In this document: positions 19,691-26,406 of the stretch, piece by piece
Layout of the letters: every line of letters starts with the position of its first letter
Numbering within the stretch: the first letter of the stretch is position 1
Assembly (NCBI GenBank): GCA_002794465.1
Contig: MTSL01000076.1
Span: 21,396-47,801 of the forward strand
From: Paramicrosporidium saccamoebae KSL3
Taxonomy: Eukaryota > Fungi > Cryptomycota
Reading direction: 5' to 3'
Length of the DNA: 26,406 nt
Position numbers and translations under genes: made by a program
The notes under the pieces: generated by a model
Databases searched by the model: none
What the model was told of the DNA's origin: nothing
What the model saw: the letters and a program-made list of their open reading frames with translations, nothing else

Positions 19691-20764
19691 TCATTTCTTT
19701 TTGGTCTGTAACCACTCTAGTACTTCAAGGCTGCCACTCTCGATAGCAGCACTGCAAAGATCCTCGTGATCGTATTTGAAACTAGGATTTCCCAGCAATA
19801 TTTCTTGCACTAGCGATAGGCAGTTATGTTGGACGAGCCAGTCTAAACAGTTGGTATGAACTATCGGCATGCCATTTTGTAATCCCAGACAACACATTGG
19901 GATACGGTTATAACCCATGTGTAAGAGATATTGAAGAGTGCCGGCAGATTTAACATCACAAGGGTCAACGTGGCTGGTGTCGGGACGCAAATCTTTAACG
20001 GAATCAATGATTTGGTCCATTACGCGGGCCGGTGCATGCTGGATTACTAAATCGACATTGATTGCAATCTCTCTGATAGCTTCCGAGTGGAAATGATTAA
20101 GGATCTTGACCGCGTCAAACTTGATAATGAGGTTGCGCAATTCGTCTTTTGACAGTCCACTTAAACACAATTCATGGCGCATCACCTCGTAGAATGTAGG
20201 ATTGTCAGCCTTAAATATTACCTGCCATAGTGAGCCCCAATTGAATTGCTGTTTCTTCCAAATGCTCATATCAAAGGCCTGGGTTCCAAAGATTTTAGCC
20301 CAGAACCAATGTCTCTGCGTTTCATCTTCCCAAACAGGGCGATGCACAAAGCATCTCAGAACATTGTAACATCTAATATCAAGTGCCCGCTGCACTGCCT
20401 CTTCGAAATTGCGGAGCGCGGGGCAGGCGGTCATTATGGCCAAAGCCTCACGATAGTACTCGGCGATTTGATCATCCGTGCCTGCAAGTAGACGGCGCTT
20501 CTTAAGAAGAGACTCGAGGGATCGGAGGTTCAGGTTGCTACCCATCTCTATCAGCTTACTGTCTTGTAGCGGCTTGATGTCTTCAACTATACTCTCAAGG
20601 CTCGAGCTGCCACGAGCTCCATCCAAGCCAGTCACAGCCAAGCCTGTTTCTCTCAGACTGACCACGCCCAAGCCTGATTCTTCTAAGCCGATCCCACCCA
20701 AACCGGTTGCACCCGTTCTTTGGCTCAGGAGCAAAATAAACGAGATTACTGTAGGCCACAACAT
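19691..20764 (-). CDS. Uncharacterised signal-peptide protein, paralog of 17602-19155 (family member 2), 357 aa (376 aa if ATG 20821 is used)
   Basis: Signal-like MLWPTVISFILLLSQRTGA. Shares HWF.A..G..F...W...F.W....I..ADNP.F, then DA.KI..H and SA.ESG.L....W with member 1. Confidence 0.78.
   Translation of the reverse strand: MLWPTVISFILLLSQRTGATGLGGIGLEESGLGVVSLRETGLAVTGLDGARGSSSLESIVEDIKPLQDSKLIEMGSNLNLRSLESLLKKRRLLAGTDDQIAEYYREALAIMTACPALRNFEEAVQRALDIRCYNVLRCFVHRPVWEDETQRHWFWAKIFGTQAFDMSIWKKQQFNWGSLWQVIFKADNPTFYEVMRHELCLSGLSKDELRNLIIKFDAVKILNHFHSEAIREIAINVDLVIQHAPARVMDQIIDSVKDLRPDTSHVDPCDVKSAGTLQYLLHMGYNRIPMCCLGLQNGMPIVHTNCLDWLVQHNCLSLVQEILLGNPSFKYDHEDLCSAAIESGSLEVLEWLQTKKK
20623..20712 (-). 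repeat. Six 15-bp coding repeats encoding xGLxx pentapeptides
   Basis: CCAAGCC-like motif recurs with a 15-bp period at 20623, 20638, 20653, 20668, 20683 and 20698. Confidence 0.85.
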
Positions 20765-21365
20765 GCAACGAAACAAGTCAGTGGGTCTTATCGTACGACT
20801 GCGCCACCCCCTGCCAATCATTTATCCCCTCGGTAAATTAAATCTCGATGGACTCGTCAATTGTAACTGTGGATATTTATCGGCTGATCTAGACGTAGGA
20901 TGGTGTGGTCGGCTCGTTGTCTTTATCGTTGCGTAGCGGAGAAGATGTTACGCGGCCAGTCGGCGAGCAGCAAACTCCTTTATTGTTAATTTAACGGCTT
21001 CCTTATAGGCTCTCACCAATAGCAATGTACCTAAATGTCCATCTATTAAGACGACCTCTCTTCCCCCCAGTTAGAGCTATTATTAATAAAGAATCGGGTG
21101 ACTACACTACTACATTGCATAATAAAAGGCATTGCGCTGTTGAAAGAGCAAAATTGACTGTATTAAAGTCTGTGGCGCCTTTGTTTTATCATGGGCGAAA
21201 CACCGTGTAGTCGAGTTGAAATTCTTTTATTGGCTGCCACAATATGTGCGATGACTGTTTGCAAGCAGTACTTTTTATTGGTCGGGAGAGTGTGCCCAGG
21301 GTCAGTGCAATTTGAATAAATTCTTGACAACGGGGTGCGCCAGGGCGTACACTACTCCTGAAAGT

Positions 21366-24300
21366 ATGAAGCTTGCAGTCGTAGCTCTTTGTTCTGGAGG
21401 AGTATCAGTGGTACTTGGGAGGAACAACAGTCTCTCTAGTGCAAGCTTGTTAAGTGTCGCTATCGCGGGAGCACTTCAAATACACAGTGTAGACTCCAGC
21501 GGTAAGCCCGTGTGAGCAGTCTTATTTATTTCTAGGTGACATTCCGAATCCTAATGATTTTCTTGACTGGAGATCTAAATGGGGATCGTTCTGGCACCGC
21601 CTGCTTCGTGACATAGACATTAAAGAAGCGGGCGCAGCTCAGACGGTAATTGCCAACTGGAGCAACCGACCATCATACTTTTTGGAACATCTTACTGCTA
21701 GCGGTGCCGAAACTCTAGTCAACACTTTTATTTATAAAAGCAGACATGAAGGCTACCAGAGGCTCGACTCGAAAGCTCTTGAAAAGTTTTTTGGTGCCAT
21801 GAGTGAACAGGAAATTGATGATTGGAGCTATCCAGTTTGCGAAAAGTTTGTTCGCTTTTCTCCATGGCTCAAACATCCTGAAGCTATTTCGCACGAACGA
21901 TGCCGGAAGCACATGTTTGACATTTTAAGCGCTGAAAGCAGGGTCGAACTGAAGACCATTAACATCCCGGTGGATTTTGCGATTAGATATGCAGAGCCGA
22001 TTCTAGGATGCATCAGCAAGCTTTCACCTGCCCCGTGGAATGAGATCCGCTCTGCACTTTTGAATACAATCCTGAGTGATCGAGAGGCCGTTAAAAAGCA
22101 CTTTAAATTCGACCAGATCCTCTCGTTTGTACCAGAAAAACTGAGGGCTATTACCTCGGCTGCGATGGCTGTTATCGGGGGAGACGTAGAGTCTGAACAT
22201 TCGCTGGCAAAGACTGATATTGGATCGATTTTGGACGTGCTACAAGGTGACATTTTCTCCGAATACAACGGTCCGCTCCACCCTGAAACTTTGAAAAAGC
22301 TGCGACCAGCACAACTCGGGAACTTTGGCGAGCGCCTTGGCACCCCAGTATGTCAGAATTTGGATTTGTCTTCATTGGGTCGCGCTTTCAACCGGGATAT
22401 TTCAGAAATGTGCCTGATAGGCTACTGGTCCACCGGACCACGGCCTGCGCTTGGTCTACGGTCTATTCCAGATGTGATCAGGGATTATCTAGGAGACACT
22501 ATTATGAATATCCACACGACAGATTTACAAGGACTTTCAGTTCCGTGCCTAGACAAACTCTTTGAGGATTTCCAATTGCTTAAAACGAGACCAATTGGCG
22601 ATTGGTTGTCGTTGGAGACGAACCGGGACCTTTATTCTGTGCACCTTACGGCAACGACATTTTCAGCGCTGCTCAAGTTGCATCCGGAGCTTGCTAGTGT
22701 ACTTTTGAAAAAGGTCAACAATCTTCCCGATGATATTTTTAGCTCATGCGACACAACTCTGTTGATACAGCTTTCCGGCGACTGCGGGTCCGACCGCCAA
22801 ATAGCGGGCTTACCATACTTGAACAATGTTATTCAAAGACGCGCCAATGCAGTGGCAATTGGGCACCATCTCGCAGAGGAAACTTTGTTTTGCGAGCACT
22901 TGTCTGAGGATGACTATAAGAGTCTGGTCTGGCTACGTAAAGCTATCGGACCAAAAGGAAAGGCCAGAGTTAGATTTGCTGTAGACGAGCTAAAGTACCC
23001 AGAACTGTCTGGTGACAGTGAGGCATGGAAAAGGTGTCTGCATCAAGAGCATATTGATGGCGATTTAATGGCTTTTCTTGTTCAGCAAAAAGGCTTTTGT
23101 GAAGCGATGATGGGCGCAGCAGGCTTTGTCGAGCGGGCCGATGAACGCACGTATCTTTTTGTGGAAGGCCCCTGTCTGTTGGCTTTTAAAGGTCATATTT
23201 CTCCCGGGAATGTCGCCCAACTGGCACAGACCGCCTTTTCATCGTTTACCTCGGCAGACTTTGAGTCTTTATTTGAGATGGGAATACATTTGAAACACCT
23301 AAATAGTGGGCAAATCAATCGTATATCGGAGGAAGCGTGGTCAAAAATGCCCATACAAGAGGTCAATGAACTTGCTGATGAGCAAATCAGTGAACTGAAT
23401 ACAGAGAGATTGTCTTTGATGGATGACTTGGCCGAGCTTAGCTTGAGAGTTCTAAAACGCCTTTCAGATTATAACCCTCCTCGTGTCAAGGAGCTTGTTA
23501 AGCCGGAAATGATCAACGAATTTCCTGATGACCTGTTTGACTCATTTACACCTAAGGAATTTTCAAAGTTCAAGCTCAAAGATCTGGCCTTGGGCCAGTT
23601 GCAGAATTTGGGGCACGATCTTTTGGCAGAGGTGGAAAATGGTGATATTAATGATCTCGACGAGGAGCAATTTGAAGTTATTAGCAATAACCTAAGTTTC
23701 CTGAAGAGCCTCAGCGGGTTGAACAAGGAGATTTTGGGAGTGATCGAACCGTACCAAGTTTCTGACTTGATTGATACTATTGATGCAGAGAGCTGCAAGT
23801 ATTTTAGCGATTCGGCGTTTATGGACATCTCACCCAAGAGTCTTGAAAGGTTCCGACCAGCAGATTTCCGCATTGAGCAGATTAATAAAATGCCAAGAGA
23901 GATTCGTGGCCTTTTCAAGGAGGAGGACATTCTGTTATTGAATGATAAAGACTTGCTTGAAGATTACAAATCATGCCGAGAGGACCTTTTGAGAACGAAG
24001 GATCGTTTCGTCACGGCTGCTGTGTACGCGGTAAAACTGGATGCGGTAGATCTAAACGCCGGATGGGCAATTCTAAAGGAGTACAGACGGGAGATAAAGC
24101 GTAACGTCGTTTACCATGGGCAAAACTTTGAGGAAATTTCTTACTACGCAAATGATCCGAAACTTTGGTTTGCCGGAGCTGTAGACATTTGGGACTTGTT
24201 GGCATCGGTCAGTCTTTTGTCGAAGGGAGGCACGTCCAAGGAGCTGGAATATCAAGACGGTTGTTTTGATATTGCCGAATCTATGAAGTGGATTTTAGAT

Positions 24301-25422
24301 TCCCCTGATGAAATTACTGCCGCGCCAACGACAATTAGAGTCAAAGGTGACACGAGCTTTGCTAATCGTCGTATTGATTGGGTGAAAGACATGTTGGGGC
24401 AACTTTTGGTGCTTACCGAATCGACGGAAATGGGTGAACATCGTTTCAAGTGGCTCGTTGACTCTGGCACTGGTGATGCACTTGGAATCCTGTTTGGCCT
24501 GGCAGCCAATTTCGGGGTGGCTATTCCTGTCAAGATTGAGGCGAAATTTCTAGATTTGGTGTTCCATCATATCATGGATATTGGCAAGATTGTTGCCTAC
24601 TATGAAGAGACATACAAGAAGGAAATTGAGGCGTTTGGCAAGGACCTAAAGCCGACCAGTTTTATCAATTTTGCAAGCGAGATTGGCGCTCCGATCCGAG
24701 AACGAAATCCCAAAGGCCAAATCATGGACCAGTTTATTGACTTTGTCTTTTCCTTCCACCAAGGCTTGTCTAAGGTGTTTCCTATTGGATATGTCCAGTA
24801 TGCACGCGAATCTATTCGCTCCACCCTCTCACGCAATTTCTTTTATCCACCAAAGATTGTAGACGAAAGCCGGGCCGAGGACGAAGCACAAGGAAATGTC
24901 ACGCTGTCACTTGTTCCAGGATACATGTTAACCATTGGAGACGTGTTCAAGTCTTTTATCATGGCGTTGGAAGGAGATGCAAAAGAAAGACTGGTTCAGC
25001 TCACTGGGACAAATGACCACAATGTCGCTTACTTTAATGACTATCACACTGCCAAGACCATCTTTGCTGATCTTGCTCCTGCACTAGCCCCAGCCCCAGG
25101 CGAGGATAGTTACGTTCCTCATGAAGGACACTATTTTTTTGCAGAGAGTCCAGAGGTCGTGATTCACCGTGGTCAGGAATATTTTGGCTACTTTAAAAAA
25201 GTTTTTGAAATCCAATGCGAAATGCTTAACCTCCAGATGGGCGATATTGATTCAAATTTTCTTGAGGACGCCCACCAGTTTGAAAAAACTCATCAAAAAC
25301 TGGTTCAGCAGATTGACTGGGATGGCGAACGGTTCGAGATTCCGCACCAGCCGGCCTCTTCACTGATTCAAGGCTTTGTGACATGGCTAAATAAGGAGGA
25401 CCGTGAAGTTGCCGACTACTAG
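21366..25422 (+). CDS. Large signal-peptide protein with helical repeats and a C-terminal divergent HECT-like domain; exons 21366-21501 and 21536-25422; ~1340 aa
   Basis: The track start at 21682 is TTG and the frame is open upstream to the intron. Exon 1 begins MKLAVVALCSGGVSVVLG. HECT-like blocks: AESMKWILDSPDEI..TTIRVKGD..RRIDWVKDML, LGILFGLAANFGVAIPVKIEAKFLDLV, FHQGLSKVFP and FKSFIMALEGDAKERLVQLTG. Confidence 0.75.
21502..21535 (+). other. 34-nt intron (GTAAGC...TTCTAG)
   Basis: Phase 1 (G|GT) with a pyrimidine-rich 3' end. Splicing fuses the signal-peptide exon to the long ORF in frame. Confidence 0.85.
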
Positions 25423-25666
25423 TGTTGTGCGCGGGGACCCAATATGCCTTGAAGGACAGTGTGGGCAATTGCTGTTCCCACATTCAGATGGAAAAATTAC
25501 CATAAAAACAATCTAGAATTACTAAAAATCTGTTCTCGTTTAGTGTGTGAAGTTTAAATATAGACCCTAGGCATTGAAGATTTTTACGTTATTTACGAGA
25601 CCATAACAGGCCGTTAGAGTAGCAATGAAAAATTCTCTTCTTCTCGCCTTGAAAATTTTGTGGTAT

Positions 25667-25825
25667 TGTCGCGTAGTGGGGAAGAGGATATCACGGCCCA
25701 GTTTAGGCGAGAAGGAGGGGTTTGTTCACTGCTAATCCTAGAATAGTATGGATACACGTCTCACTGTCCTCAAATACCCAGCAACTAGGTCTTTTCCAAA
25801 CTAGAGAACTATCCTCTACGTCACA
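25667..25825 (-). mobile_element. Dispersed repeat copy C (159 bp, inverted relative to A and B)
   Basis: The reverse complement begins TGTGACGTAG at 25825, has its core at 25779-25727, and ends CTACGCGACA at 25667. Confidence 0.65.
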
Positions 25826-26099
25826 TGACAATGATCTAGATATCAGTGTACTATAACGATCTTTCTTTAAACGCGAGCTGGCCCACCACGCAGCAGCTGG
25901 GGCGGTGCCATTTAAGTAGACCGGGAGGGAAAGATCAGAGGCGAGAACGTATGGTTGGCGGGCTTTGAGCTTTCGTCATGGGTAAGTAACCTGCTGATCA
26001 GTCTACCACAGCGCGCTACCATGGCACTTGACAACGCGGTCGTGTGGGAAGAGTGGCGGGCAGGTGTTTTGAGAATTTAAAAGATCTGATGGACCGAGG

Positions 26100-26406
26100 C
26101 TAGTCGGTATCCGCTAAATAGGGATAAGCGGGTGTATTCGCGGTAGCACCTGTAAGATAATTGAACAATACTAGCCCAGTTATTTCAGAGTGAGTTTTAT
26201 TTGCGTAGTGGTCCGCATTTTCTACTATTCTGTGGTTGATCAGGCTCGGGTTGTATTCTGTGGACACTTCTTGTCCAGCCATTCCAAGACAATCTTCTTC
26301 TACACCCCTTGACTTTTCTCCACCGCGGTGCGCACTCCACGAGTGCACACTAACGACGGATCGCGTGCGTATATCGTCTCTAGAATTTTGAGGCTGCCAG
26401 CCTCTG
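26100..26406 (-). pseudogene. 3' fragment of a probable third ankyrin-like family member, frame-disrupted and running off the window
   Basis: The frame from 26404 reads EAGSLKILETIYARDPSLVCT (compare ESGCLNIIQWAHSIDPTLEPT) and then hits TAG at 26302-26300. A shifted frame reads YNPSL...GLVLFNYL...AYPYLAD (compare KNPTL...FLVLLKSL...EYLPTVD). Confidence 0.45.

Noticed and set aside
8562-25825. Target-site duplications for the three element copies
   Set aside because: Flanks are TAAG/AGTG, AGGT/AGAT and GTAT/TGAC, with no consistent TSD. The transposon class is therefore left unassigned.

Overview
Eukaryotic, fungal-lineage nuclear DNA from a very compact genome; spacers between housekeeping genes are about 65-670 bp and coding-region introns are 30-34 nt. 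By inference it resembles an early-diverging Rozellomycota/microsporidia-related organism that still respires (mtHsp70, COX6A). The left 17 kb is a housekeeping block: VTS1, METTL16, RPN11, RPL29 (missed by the ORF track), HSP104, a stand-alone BPL_N protein, SEC23, SSC1, COX13, CCR4 and TIF3. The right 9 kb is an accessory block. It holds two signal-peptide-bearing paralogs of an ankyrin-like family, a disrupted third paralog at the window edge, and a ~1340-aa signal-peptide protein with solenoid repeats and a divergent HECT-like domain that appears to lack the catalytic Cys. A 130-190 bp TGT...ACA element occurs three times, and two inverted copies bracket the three intact accessory genes. 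All nine inferred introns are GTA...TAG. Domain and family calls come from recognising motifs by eye; no searches were run.
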